A DNA stretch of 64,000 nucleotides from the NCBI RefSeq assembly GCF_036321535.1, contig NC_087436.1:66032001-66096000 (forward strand). Direction: 5' to 3'. The stretch is from Camelus dromedarius (Eukaryota). A program made the position numbers and the translations under genes. The notes under the pieces were generated by a model. That model was not told the origin of the DNA, did no database searches, and saw only the letters and a list, made by a program, of their open reading frames with translations. Shown piece by piece: positions 26,671 to 39,214 of the stretch (its first letter is position 1; each line of letters begins with the position of its first letter).

Positions 26671-26959
26671 AGAAATCAGGCTTTTAGGTAAAAAAGCAAA
26701 TGTAATTATGGTTTTAGAAGTCATTGAACCTGAAAATTATTGCTAATTCTTCAATGACAGATATGTGTGCCTGTACACAGTTGCACAGACCTGTGTCTGG
26801 GACTGTTTTGGTTCAAAAACTTTCTTGAAGTAAATTAAGAGCAGTTAACTGAAGGGCAATAGGACAGAGGTGGATATATATAAATGTATATACCTCACGT
26901 TGGTAGAGGAAAAACAAAAAATAAAACAAAAAACTTGTTCTTTGATTTCCAAACTTCAG

Positions 26960-27490
26960 TGTGGAATCTATTCAAGTTCTCAAATACGGTGTTTGGTGAC
27001 TCAACTCAGCACACAGTTGTATTATTCATAGCTAAGACTGCAATTACATTGCAAAGATACTTGACAGGATTAGAAAGGAAAAAAGACACAGACAGAGTCT
27101 GTAGAAATCCATGAACACATGCACAGGTTTTCTTATGTTCCCTCCCTCTAGTGAGTAGAGATACCAATTATGTTCATTTCTCCAGTAATAAAAGGATATA
27201 ATATGTGTACAATGTTTTTACTCAAGGAGGCTCATTAGTGACTCAACACCCAGAATTTTTTGTGAAGGGACTGGTTATGTGGACAACGCTTCACTTAGCA
27301 CTTACGAAAGCCAGACTTACATCAAGAAATGCAATGCTAAGAATAAATCACTTCTATTGTACACACAGTCTAGGCACAGTGAACCACCTTTATCAGTTAG
27401 GGAATGGTTTGCCTGCCAGGTTCCCAACTTTACAAGAAGTTCCTTTGAAATATACAGCATCAGCTGCTATGCTAACTTTTTTTTCTGTAT
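26960..27490 (-). mobile_element. MER21/MER77-like ERVL LTR
   Basis: cacacagtctaggcacagtgaaccacctttatcagttagggaatgg and ggaaaaagacacagacagagtctg motifs. Confidence 0.7.
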
Positions 27491-27837
27491 AATTTAATAG
27501 TATAATTTTAATGGGTTTGTTTGGGGTCCTTAAGTCAAAGGTCATCCCCTGTGTAGGACTAGGATTTCCATCTAAAGGAAAATGGTGTCTCTACTCTGAA
27601 ACATCCTGAGAATGACGACATAGAATATAAATGTAAGCAAGGGATTGGACTCCTAAACTTCAGAATTCTCTTTGTGTCTGAAAACAAGGTGAATTTCTAT
27701 CACATTGAAGAAATTAAAAAATTGTGTAGATATTATGTTGGATTCCAATGGGAAGAATTGGGAATGTAGATTATGAGATCAAACATATCTTGTATGCAAT
27801 TTAATTTTCTCTCTGTTGACATTTCTTCCTTTCATTC

Positions 27838-28317
27838 TGCATTAGTTTCCTACTGCAGCTATAACAAATTACTACAATGCTAATGGTTTAAAACAACATA
27901 CATTAATTATTCTACAGTTCCGTAGGTAGAAGTCTGATGGGTTTTATTGGGCTGAACTCAATGAGTTGGCAGGGCTGGATTCTTTTCCAGACACTTTAGG
28001 AGAAACTTTCTCATATTTCCCAGCTTGTAGATGTGACCTTCTTCCTCTGTCTTCAAAGCCAGAAACATATCATCTCCTTGACACTTATTCTTTGGTCACA
28101 TCTCTCAACTCTCCTCTTCTCCCTCCCTCTTCCACTTTTGAGAACCCTTGTGATTATGTTGGGCCCACTCATATAATCCAGGGAAGATCTCCCTATTTCC
28201 CCTATTTTATGGTCATTTGATTGCATCTGTAACCTTAATTCCTTTTGTTTATGGAACCTAACATATTCACTGTCTCAAGTTTGTGGACATCTTTGTGTGG
28301 CCTTTCTTCCCACCACA
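27838..28317 (-). mobile_element. MLT1D-like solo LTR
   Basis: tgcattagtttcctactgcagctataacaaattactacaa...gttgggcccactcatataatccaggg...cccaccaca. Confidence 0.8.
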
Positions 28318-30149
28318 CCTTGTAAAACAGCTTTTAGTAATAATAATAATAATAATAAATAATAATAAGCTCTAATACTAAATACTATTATATATAAAAC
28401 ACTCTTTTAAACATTTACTATAAATTAACTGATTTAATCTCTCTCTTGTATCTTTGAAGTAGATACTGTTCTCACATTTTATCAGGAATGAAGCTAAAGC
28501 ATGCCATGTTTAAGTTACTTGTCCAGGGCCACACAACTATCATGCACACAATGTATTTCTGAATCCAACAAATGTGGTCCAAGGAACATACTCTTATCCA
28601 CCATTCTTTCCTTCTTCTGTTGACTTTATAGTTGTCTCTTAGCTGTGTATGGGGAAATTAAAAAATGGGCTTTGTTGATATTATGAACAGAGTGGGAAAA
28701 AAGGGTATAACTTTCTTCCAAGACAAAATGATCTTTGTAGGAATGGTCCATGAAGAATTTAAACATTATCAAAGAAAATGTTGACATATAAGAACAAACT
28801 GTGATTTTATACCTCAGAAACTGTGTTAAAGGATGTAATGCTGATTGATAAATAAGCTGATGATACAAGATTTTCCCTTATAAATATTCTAGAAAAGAAT
28901 GAGGAGGTCTCAGATTTTCTATCCTATGTGTAAAAAACTATCTGAACACATATATTAGATTTATCGGAAGATTCTTCCCTTCATGAGATAAAAGTATAAG
29001 AAATTAAAAAATTACTGAATGTTGATATATATTTTAAATATAATAAATGATATTTAAAGTGGCATCAGCTATCTATTGCCAACAACTATTAACTCTGTGA
29101 CAAAAACAATAAATATTTATTTAGCTCATGAGTCTGTAGGATTCAGCTCATTTGGACTGGGCTCATCTTTCAACCAAACTCATTCATGTGCCTTCATCTT
29201 TTGTATAACCAGCTTTTGGTTTTGTTGATTTTTTTCTATTTTTTTCTATACTCTCTATTTTATTTATTTCCATGTGTATCTTTATAACTTTTTTTTCCTC
29301 TGCTTACATAGAGTTTACTCATTGTTTTTCTAGTTCTTAAGATTAAAGATTAGGTTTTTGATTTGAAGTCTTATTTAAAATATAAATGTTTATTGCTATA
29401 AAAATTTTCTTACCACCACTTTAGCTGTGTACTGTAAGCTTTGGTACATTGGGTTTTTTTTTTTTTTTGATTCATCTTGAAGTATTTAAAAATTTTGCAT
29501 ATGATTTCTTTTTTGATCCAGTGTTTGTTTAATTGGGTGTTCTGTAATTTCCACATATTTTTGAATTTCCCGAATTTCCATCTGTTATTGATTTCTAATT
29601 TCATTGCACTGTGATCCCAGAATGTACTTTGTATGATTTTAACTGTCAAAAATTTTAATTTAATAGGATCTTTTAAATTACCTAACATATAATCTACGAA
29701 AAAGGCTTCTTGTGACCTTAAAAGAATGCACATTCTTCTGTTGTTGATTGAAATGTTCTAGTATGTCAGTTAGATTTCATTAATTTATATTGTTTTTCAA
29801 ACTTTCTATTTCCTTTTGATCTTCTGCTTAGAATGTTATTTCTATTTCCAAACGTAGATTACTGAAGTCTAAATATCATTGTTAAATTGTTTATTTCTCC
29901 CACCAATTCTGTCACTGTTTGTTTCATGTATTTTGGGCCTCTGTTGTTAAGCTCATAACGTTTGTAATTTTATATCTCCCTGATGGATTGACACTTTTAT
30001 TATTTAAAAATTTTCTTCTCAGTTTCTAGAACAGCATTTGTTTTAAAATCCACTTTGTCTGATATTAGCATTGCTACTGTAGCTTCTTTTTACTACTATT
30101 TGCATGGTGTGTCTTTTAAAAATTGTTTGCTTTCAACTTATTTGTGCTC

Positions 30150-31046
30150 TTTTTTTGTGGGTTTTTTTTTTTATTGAAACATAGTTGGTATACAATATAA
30201 TGTTAATTTCAGGTGTACTACATTGTGATTTGACATTTGCATACACTATGAAATAATCACCATTATAAGTCTAGTAACCGTCTGTCCCCAAAGTCATTAC
30301 AAAATCATTGACCATATTTCTTAAGCTGTGTATTACCTCCCTGTGGCTTATGTATTTTTCAGCTGAAGGTTTGTACCTCTTAATCCCCTTAACCTTTTTT
30401 GCCCTTTTTGCAATCTTATCTTCTTCCCCTCTGGCACCCACCTCTTTTTTCCTTTGTATCTATGAATCTATTTTTGTTATGTTTATTTGTTTTGTTTTTT
30501 AGATTCCACGTATAAGTGAGATCATATGGTATTTGTCTTTCTCTGTCTACTTTATTGCACTTGGCATAATAACTTCTAGATGCATCCATGTAGTCTCAAA
30601 TGGTGATATTTCTTATTTATTGGTGACTAATATTCTTTTACATTTATATACCACATCTTTTTTATCTATTTATCTATTGATGGACACTTAGGTTGCTTCC
30701 ATATCTTGGCTACTGTAAACAATGCTGCAATGAACATTGGTTTGCATATATCTTTCCGAATTAGTGTTTTTGTTTTCTTTGGGCAAATACCCAGAAGTGA
30801 AAATGTTGGAGCTGTGGCAATACTATTTTTAATTTTGTTAAGACCCTTCGTATTCTTTTTCGTAGTTGCTGTACCAATTTACAATCCCACCAACAGTGCG
30901 TGAGGGTTCCCTTTTCTCCACATCCTTGCCAATTTTTTTTTCTTTCTCATCTTTTTGATAATAGCTGTTCTAATAGGTGTGAAGTGATATCTCATTGTGG
31001 TGTTGATTTGCATTTCCCTAATGATGAGTAAGGATCTTTTCATGTG
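30150..31046 (-). mobile_element. 5'-truncated L1 3' end (L1MA-like) nested in the older L1
   Basis: PolyT tail at 30150-30172 and classic L1 3' sequence (agattccacgtataagtgagatcatatggtatttgtc). Degenerate TSD tcaacttatttgtgc (30133-30147) / tcaaactagttgtgc (31047-31061). Confidence 0.85.
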
Positions 31047-31759
31047 TCAAACTAGTTGTGCCTTTCATTGTAATGTGTCTCTTGCACAAAGCATTTACTG
31101 GGTCATGTTTTGCCCTTTAATTGAAAAGTTTAGTCCCTTTACACTTAATGTAGTTATTTATAAGGAAAAGTTATGCCTGTCATTTTGCTGTTTGTTTTCT
31201 GTATGTCTGATGTCTTTTTGGTTCTTCTTTCCTCCATTACATGTCTTTTGTGTCAAATAGATATTTTCTAATATACCATTTTAATTCCCTTTAGATTTTT
31301 TCATGTTTTTTTCATGATATTTCATGGTATTTTTCATACTATTGTAAAATTTTCAGTTTTTTATTGCTAGTTTTACTGAGAGTTATAATTAACAACTTAA
31401 TTTACTCCAATTTGGAATAAAACCAAATCAATTTCAGTAGTGTACAAAAACTTGGCTGTAATTTAACTCCATTTCCCATCCTTTGTACTATTATTTTCAT
31501 ATAGCTTGTATATTTATGCATATATACAATATATAATAAATAATATATGTATAATATATAATAAATCCTTGAATCCAGTTTTATAGTCATTGCTTTTTTA
31601 ATTGTATTTCAATACAGGAGAAGTGAGTTGCAAACAAAAATACATTCATACAATATTTTATGTTTAGTTATATAGTTACATTTGCCAATGCTCTTTATTT
31701 TTCACATAGATTTGAGTTACTGTTATTGACCATTCATGTCAGTCTAAAGGACTATTTTA

Positions 31760-32661
31760 TTTTATTTTTAATTGAAGTACAGTCAGTTATAATATGTCCA
31801 TTTCTGGTGTCCCAGCCATGCAAATGCATACATATCTTCACTTTCATATTCTTTTTCATTAAAGGTAATTACAAGATTATAAGTATAGTTCCCTGTGCTA
31901 TACAGGAGAAATTTGGGTTTTTTTAAATCTATTTTTATATATAGTGGCTAACATTTACAAATCTCAAACTCCCAAATTTATCCCTTCCTACCCTCCTCCC
32001 CCCAGTAATCACAAGATTGTTTATTATGGCTGTGAGCCTGTTTCTGTTTTGTAGATGAGTTCAGTAGTGTTTTCTTTTCTTCTTTTTTCAGATTCCACAT
32101 ATGAGAGATATCATATGATATTTTTCTTTCTCTTTCTGGCTTACTTCACTTAGAATGACGATCTCTAGGTCTACCCATGTTGCTGCAAGTGGCATTATTT
32201 TATTCTTTTTTTATGATTGAGTAGTATTCCATTGTATAAATATAATGCAACTTCTTTATCCAGTCCTCTGTCAATGGACATTTACAGTGTTTCCATGTCT
32301 TGGCTATTGTATATATTGTATGAACACTGGGGTGCATGTATGTTTTCGAATTAGAATTCCCTCTTGATATATGTCCAGGAGTGGGGTTGCTGGATCATAT
32401 GATTAAGTCTGTTTTTAGTTTTTTGAGGAATTTCCATACTGTTTTCCGTAATGACTATCCCAAACTACATTTCCGCCAACAGTTTAGGAGGGTTCCCTTT
32501 ACTCCACATCCTCTCTAGCATTTATCATTTGTGGACTTTTGAATGATAGCCATCTGACTGGTGTGAGGTGATACCTCATTGTAGTTTTGACTTGCATTTC
32601 TCTCATAATTAGTGATATTGAGCATTTTCCCATGTGCCTATTGGCCATTTGTATGTCTTCA
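31760..32661 (-). mobile_element. Younger 5'-truncated L1 3' end nested in the older L1
   Basis: T-rich tail then attgaagtacagtcagtt, followed by L1 3'UTR/ORF2 end. TSD ctaaaggactatttta (31744-31759) / ctgaaggactctttta (32662-32677). Confidence 0.88.
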
Positions 32662-32896
32662 CTGAAGGACTCTTTTAATATTTCTTATAGGATGTGCCTT
32701 ACCATGACAGACTATCTCAGTTTTTGTTTATTTAGGAACATTTTATTTTCTTTCTTTTGAAGGAGAGTTTTGTTGGGTATAAAATTTTTGGTTAAGAGTC
32801 TTTCAGCATATGGAATATGTTACCTCATGCATTCTGACCTCTATGGTTTCTAAAGAAAAACCTTCTGTTCATGTTATTGAGAATTCCTTTCATGTG

Positions 32897-33429
32897 TGAT
32901 GAGAAAACAGCTGTTTTTTGAGTTGCTTCCTAGGCATTTTACAATGTGGTGACCCTGCTCACACCCAGAGTTGGCTCATTTCAGTAAGAACCTGAGATTA
33001 GGATTCTCACCACAAGTTCCTGCTCATTTTTCTTAGGGCACCTGTTAAAATAGCCACTTAGAGCTAGAGTTGAGCGCATGAAAAGTTAGTAACTGCTGCC
33101 CCAACCACGTTATAAGTAATAGGTGTCTGCTACCTGCTATATCTGTTTACTTACTTATGACCTGGGACAGAGGACTATCCTTACCCTGCACAATTCCCCA
33201 TTTCTGGGATTTGTAAGTAATAAATATTGTAGCTTTACTTTCTTTGTGTGGGTGTACTGAAGCTGTGCCTTCAATCAAAATTCTTCCAGAGTTTTCACTT
33301 TCCACTGGTAGATCAAATGCTGAAGAAGCTACCTGCCAACCCCATGTGGGTGGCTTGTTCATCCTCAATCAGCAGGTCTTAATCTTTATATTCTTAATTT
33401 ACTGTACCAGCTACAGAATACCCAGCAAA
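32897..33429 (+). mobile_element. Solo LTR (probably ERVL class) nested in the old L1
   Basis: Interrupts the L1 motif ..atgtg|atgaat... TATA-like tataag at ~33111, AATAAA at ~33219, and 5-bp TSD atgtg/atatg. Confidence 0.6.
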
Positions 33430-36400
33430 ATATGATGAATTATTTTTTATCTTACTGTGTTCAAGTTCCTTTCTTTGACTCAGTTTCTGACAGTTTGACT
33501 ATTGTCTGTCTACATGTAGGCCTCTTTCTGTTGATCTTGGAGTTTCTTGAGTTTCTTGGATGTGCAGATTAAAATTCTACATCAAATTTGTAAAGATTTA
33601 ACATTTAAAAAAATGTTCTTTCCTCCTTTTTTTGTCCTCTCCTTATGGAATTTTCATAATGCCAATGGTGAAACTTTTGATAAAATCCAAAAGATACCAA
33701 GATTGTGGTATTTCTTCCTTACTCTATTTTTCTTTCTGTCCTGCAGACTAAATAACCTCAGTGGCACTTTCTTTAAGTATATTAATTCTCTCTTCTGCCA
33801 GTTCAAATCTACTGTGGAGTCTTCTACAGAATTTTTTTTAGTCATTGGACTTATCAGCTCCAATATTTCTATTTATTTAATTTTTATAACTTCTGTTACT
33901 TTATTGTTATTGTCTATTTGGTGAGACATTATTCTAGTCTTTCTTTCATGATTTCCTTTAGTTAAAAATATTTGTAATAACTGATTTAAAGAATTTCTCT
34001 AGTAATTCCTATATCTGGCTTTCCTCAGAGATAGTTTTTATTGACTGTTTACTTTTTCTCATGTGTATTGGCCATAATTTCCTGTTAATTTATATGTCAT
34101 AATTTTTTGTTACAATTTGTTTTATTTTAAGTAATATATTGTGGCAATTCTGGAAAAAATATATTTTTTCCCTACTCCCTACTTTAAGATATTTTCTTAA
34201 ATTCTTGCAACCAAAAAATCTTAGCCTTTGCCAATAACCATGTTTGTACACCTGTGTGTGTGAATGTGTGTGTGTGTTGAGTTACACTCTTATTTACCTA
34301 GCAAACTGTTTACAGCTCTGCCTTAGTCTCTATTTGCTGCTTGTACTGAGCTTTAAGGTCAGCAAGAAGTTAAAGTTTCAGGTCTTCTGAGGCCTTTCCT
34401 GGGCATGCACATAGGTCCTGGAAATATGCTGTAGTTTTAAAATTCCCCTATGGATATCCTATTCTGCAGTTGTACCTTTATTATTTTTTGACTATCCTCT
34501 TCTTACTCCCAACTATTATCACATCAGGCAGCTGGAATGTTAAACAGACACCACTTACTGTTTTTGACAAATACCTGGGGAATAGGGTTTTTCATTTAGC
34601 TTGAGCTCTGAATCAGGACAAATAATCATAGTCCCTATGAATTGAGCTTTTCACTGAGATATCGGAGAAATACTGATAATTCTCTTGGGATGGTTGTCTT
34701 TAGGTGCTAAAACCCCATTCTGCTGGCTCCAGTGACTGCTATGTTACATGGTTTTGTAGCTATCATGGTATTGAGGTTGTTGGTTTTCAAAGTTACTGTA
34801 GATGTAAGGAGAAGAAAAGGGATTAGGGCAATTAAAATGGCTAGAACTCTCTCTTTTTAAAGCAAGATTCAAAATTTTAATCAAATAAACACTTCTCATA
34901 TTTTGCAAGCCATTAATTAATTTCTGGAGTTCTAAAAATGATTTTGAAAAAGTTTTTTTTAGCATTGTCATTGATATTACGGAGTGTATTTTGCTTATTT
35001 CACTATTACTAAAATTCTTCTAGCCTCCACTAACTTTGAGAATTTACTTAATACATATTACATAGAGAGTGGGAAAGTGCTCAAATGTTCCATGTGTCAT
35101 GATGAATTCCTCTGGGAGGGATTCACAGGAGTAATGTATTACTGAGATAATGCTTTGTACTCTTTGAGAGAAAGTGATAGTAGGCTCATTTTGTACAGCA
35201 AATATTTAGTACAATTCCTATATAGAGCCCGGTCCTAAATAATTTACATTATTCTATGAATCTAAGTATCCTCAGTAACTCCCAATGTCTTAGTAAGTCA
35301 CCAAAATTTTTCTCAAAGACTTATAAAACTGCCATTGTAATGATGATGGCAGCTAGTAAAACAAAGACTTTCCTTAAAGTCTTTAAGGAACAACTTATTC
35401 AAAAAGAGGCAACATAATTCATAAATGATTCATCATTTCCCTGGATTTGATACAACAAAATTTTTAAGACAGTAGAACAAAACCACAACAAAACCCAAAA
35501 TATTTTAAAATCCAGTATGATGAAGAATGCTATGTCAGAGAGCAAAATATTCATTTAACAGAAGTTACTTCACAAAAACAGATTTCTTGTGACTGAAAAT
35601 TATTCATAGCACATAAATAATTTCACCTTTTTATTCAGAAAACAGTTTTGAGCTTCTACCTTTTATAAATCACTTACCCACATATCTTACTCTGGAGGAT
35701 TGTTCATTCTGCACAAAAGCAAATTGTTAAGGTAAAAAACAATTGAAGTTGAGTAACAGGGTAAATAATCCAATTAGTGTATGAGGAAGTCCATAAAGGA
35801 TGAATAGTATTCTCAGCAAATTAGTGGCAGAAGATTAAGAAACAGCACACTACAATCAAAGGCACAGAGGTGTAGAAGAGCATGGCATGCTGTGGACACA
35901 TAAAAGATGGCAAATGTGAGCTTAACTGAAGATTGTGCTAAAGGGGATAAAATGACGGCAGGTATTGTCTAAAACACAGAGTTACAACCAAAAATCAAAG
36001 ACTTCCATCTACTTCCTCAATAATGTTTATAATGTATTTGCAATGTAAAATTGCACCTAGAGGTTTGTTCTTATATAATGAAAATTTCAAAATTAGCATA
36101 CCACATTTACATTTAGAAATTTCAAGAAAGGGACCTGGAGGGGATTTTTTAGGGCACAAGCTATAGATGTCAGTCTAAGGTATGTTACACTTTCTGTAAT
36201 ATGTTTGTATTAATTTTACATGGAAATCTATTCTGAGACGTTTATAAAATCTTATAAAGAGAGTTAGTTAATTGCTAAAGCTTTCTATCTTGGGCATTAA
36301 CAAAATATTTTTACCAAAATACTGACTACAATTTAACATGATTTCTTCAATTTTATTTATATTTATTGTTGCCATATACATAAATCTATAATATAGAGTT

Positions 36401-36461
36401 AGTATGAAAAATTCAAATTATAAGAGCATGGATTTAAAAGTTAAAGTCTGCCCAATCTTTC

Positions 36462-37078
36462 TTATATTAGTTCTTTAATCTGTGTAACAAATTACTAGAA
36501 ATTTAGTAGATTAAAACAACAAAAAATTATTATCTCACAGTTTCTATGGGTCAGGCCTCTGGGATATTAAAACTGAGTCTGCTCAGGGTCTCATAGGCTG
36601 AAATCAAGGTATCAGTTGATTGAGTTTAACCTGGAGGCTTAACTAGGGAAAGATCCACCCTAAACTCCCTCAGGTTGTTGAGAGAATGTATTTTCTTCAC
36701 GTAGGCCTGATACCTTCCTTCTCTTGCTAAATGTCAACAGGGACTACTGTTCCTAGAGGCCACTCTTAGGTTTCTTTCATGTGGCCTCTTCCAGAGGCCC
36801 TCACAACTCCACAACTTACTTCTTCAGGACCAGCAGCAGAATTTCTCTTATGCTTCAATTCTTCCTTCAGGAAATACTTTGTCCCTTTTAAAGAATCACT
36901 TGATTAAACTAGATCAATTCTTTTTGACTGACTCAAATCAACTGATTTGGGGCATAACCTTGGAAGTGATATCCCATCATATTTATAAGTTCTCCCACTC
37001 TCAAGAAGAGGGGATTATATAGGGCATATGTACAAGGGACAAGAACATTGAGGACCATTAGGATTTTGCCTCCCAGAT
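36462..37078 (-). mobile_element. MLT1E/F-like solo LTR
   Basis: tatattagtt..tgtgtaacaaattac..ttaaaacaacaa..atctcacagtttctatgggtcagg ... ggaagtgatatcccatcatatt...ggattttgcctccc. Confidence 0.8.
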
Positions 37079-37249
37079 GCTTCTTTTATCTAGACATAAC
37101 TATTGTTAGGTAAATATCTATACATCTAAATAAATCTGTCTAGTAATCTAAGTATCTAATGTATATATTTATCTTACTGTACCTATATGTATATATGTAA
37201 ATATATATACATATATATCATGCAAATATATGAACATAAATGGTATTGC

Positions 37250-37440
37250 ATCTCGGATTTTTTTTTGAAATTGATGCTGACAAGGAGTTTGAGGTAAAAG
37301 ATATTTGTTAGAGATCAACACACATAAAAAGTGAGAAAGCAGGATTGCATAGGGCCAAAAGTTGAAATGATGCAGGCCCAACCTCATGCTTTAGTCATGC
37401 CAGTGGGGAATTCTGAAGCCAATATTCGCTGGAAAAGGCT
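37250..37440 (-). mobile_element. LTR16-like ERVL LTR fragment
   Basis: gaaagcaggattg...gttgaaatgatgcaggccc...gtggggaattctgaagc. Confidence 0.55.
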
Positions 37441-38191
37441 GTCTTTTTACTCAAGGCCTTTGCCTTTAGACACCAATTTTAATGACTGCTTTGTAGCCAC
37501 ATCTGTCATTAGCTGTCTTTCCTGGTGGAAAAACAGCTTTATAGGAACATGAAGTGTCAGTAGCATTTAATATCAACATTAAAAAATAATGAAAGTGTTT
37601 AATGAATCAGATAGCTTTGAAATGTGACTTGATGCAGTAGGTCAATTTGTGGATAGATGTTTCATATATTCTGGTGCATCTAGGTGGTTTCAATGACAAA
37701 CTGAAAATTTTTGACCTAAATAGAAAAAATTCCTAGAAATCTGAGGAAAAATAAACAGGCAAACAAAAACTTGGTATTTTAGACCAAATTATTGGATTTA
37801 AGTAAACTAAATCTCATCATAAAATTTAAATATTTGATTGATCTAAACTCAAAATAAGAGAAAATATCTAATTTTTTTCAGATTCAGAAAAGTTATCACA
37901 TTTTTTAAAATGCTCTTTTAATAAAAACACACAATTTTATATACTGAAGGTTCAGGGTCGATACCAAGTACTGGAAGTCTTATACTGTCAAATTGTCTAG
38001 AGTATCCAATAGAAAAATTAATGGATTCATTTTTTAGTATAAATTATAGCTTGTCTAATAGAATAATTACTCTATTTTGGTGACATAAGTTTGGAAAGAT
38101 ATAATTAGAAAGATAATTAGAAAGAACTTTGTGGTATATCTTGTGAATGGGTAAGCATTCCAAAATTGACTTTTTGCAAATGTTAAGTGGA

Positions 38192-38588
38192 TGTGGCGTT
38201 GTGCTTCCCACATCTCCTCTAGAGTGTTGGCTTCTGTGAACTCAAACCTACTTCTTACACTGGAGATTGCCCTTCATGAAAGAAAGCAGCCTCACTCAAG
38301 CATACCTCTTTGGGTGTGGACCACAGTCTAGAGTCTGGCTTATATGAAGTTATAAACATTTGAGCCCCTGGGCTCAATTGGGACAATTCTGAATGGCCTA
38401 CCAGCTGCTAGTTTCCCATTGGGTGTTGGCTGAACCTGATTTGTAATTACTTCAGAGTTCAGTGTGTCTCTGTTCCACTCTGCTTCCTTTACTACCTCAT
38501 AAATATGGTTGCTAAGAGTATTCTAGTAAACTTTGTTCATGCAAATCTCTTTCTCTGATTCTGTTTCCAGGGAACTTGGACTTGGACA
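38192..38588 (+). mobile_element. LTR16-like ERVL solo LTR
   Basis: tgtggcg... ctcaattgggacaattctgaa ... gcaaatctctttctctgattctgtttccagggaac...gaca, with TG..CA ends. Confidence 0.7.
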
Positions 38589-39186
38589 GAGTGTGTAGCA
38601 TTAACCTGACAAAAAGAAAACAGGGAACCCTGCCAGTAATAACCAGCATAACGTGCTTTCTGGAACACTTAGTTTAATTTGTTTGGTTTTTGCAGCTCAC
38701 CAGGCCAAGAAAGCTTACTTTCATATTTTAATTCACTTTGGTGTAGTGGTTGAGGACGCTGACTCTAAAGATAAACAGATTTGGGTGTGAATGCCAGCTA
38801 CGTGCGTCTTCATAAGAATTTGACGGCAACTTAAATGTGTACAAAGCTCTCAGCATTAACACCTGACACATAAAAATAACAAAATCAGTGTTAGCTGTGA
38901 CTACTATTATTAGTAATTAATATATGAATGCAACAAATTATGTGTAATTTTTAAAAATTGGTATCTGTAGACACAGAATCTCTGCAGTTAGATGACCTCT
39001 TTTTCATAGTATGCCGGATATCTGCCTAAGTTAACATTTTTATCCAGAGTTCAAATTTCCAAGATTTTGAAATTTGCTGTTTTAATAGAGTTTTAACTTT
39101 AAAACATCCCTCTTACTATTGGGAATAGAAGACAAGAATTAAAAGTATGCATGATAGGATTCTGCAAGTCTTGACCACTCCTGAAG

Positions 39187-39214
39187 ATATATATATATAT
39201 ATATATATATATAT
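39187..39214. repeat. (AT)n microsatellite
   Basis: Direct reading. Confidence 0.9.

Larger units (their letters stand above)
29200..35000 (-). mobile_element. Old L1M element, 5' half (5'UTR, ORF1, ORF2 endonuclease), with three nested insertions
   Basis: The ORF at 29410-29733 gives IIQSTFWDHSAMKLEINNR..FKNMWKL (L1 EN C-terminus). 33654-33863 is a frameshifted ORF1 coiled-coil remnant. Host sequence resumes across each insert. Confidence 0.8.
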
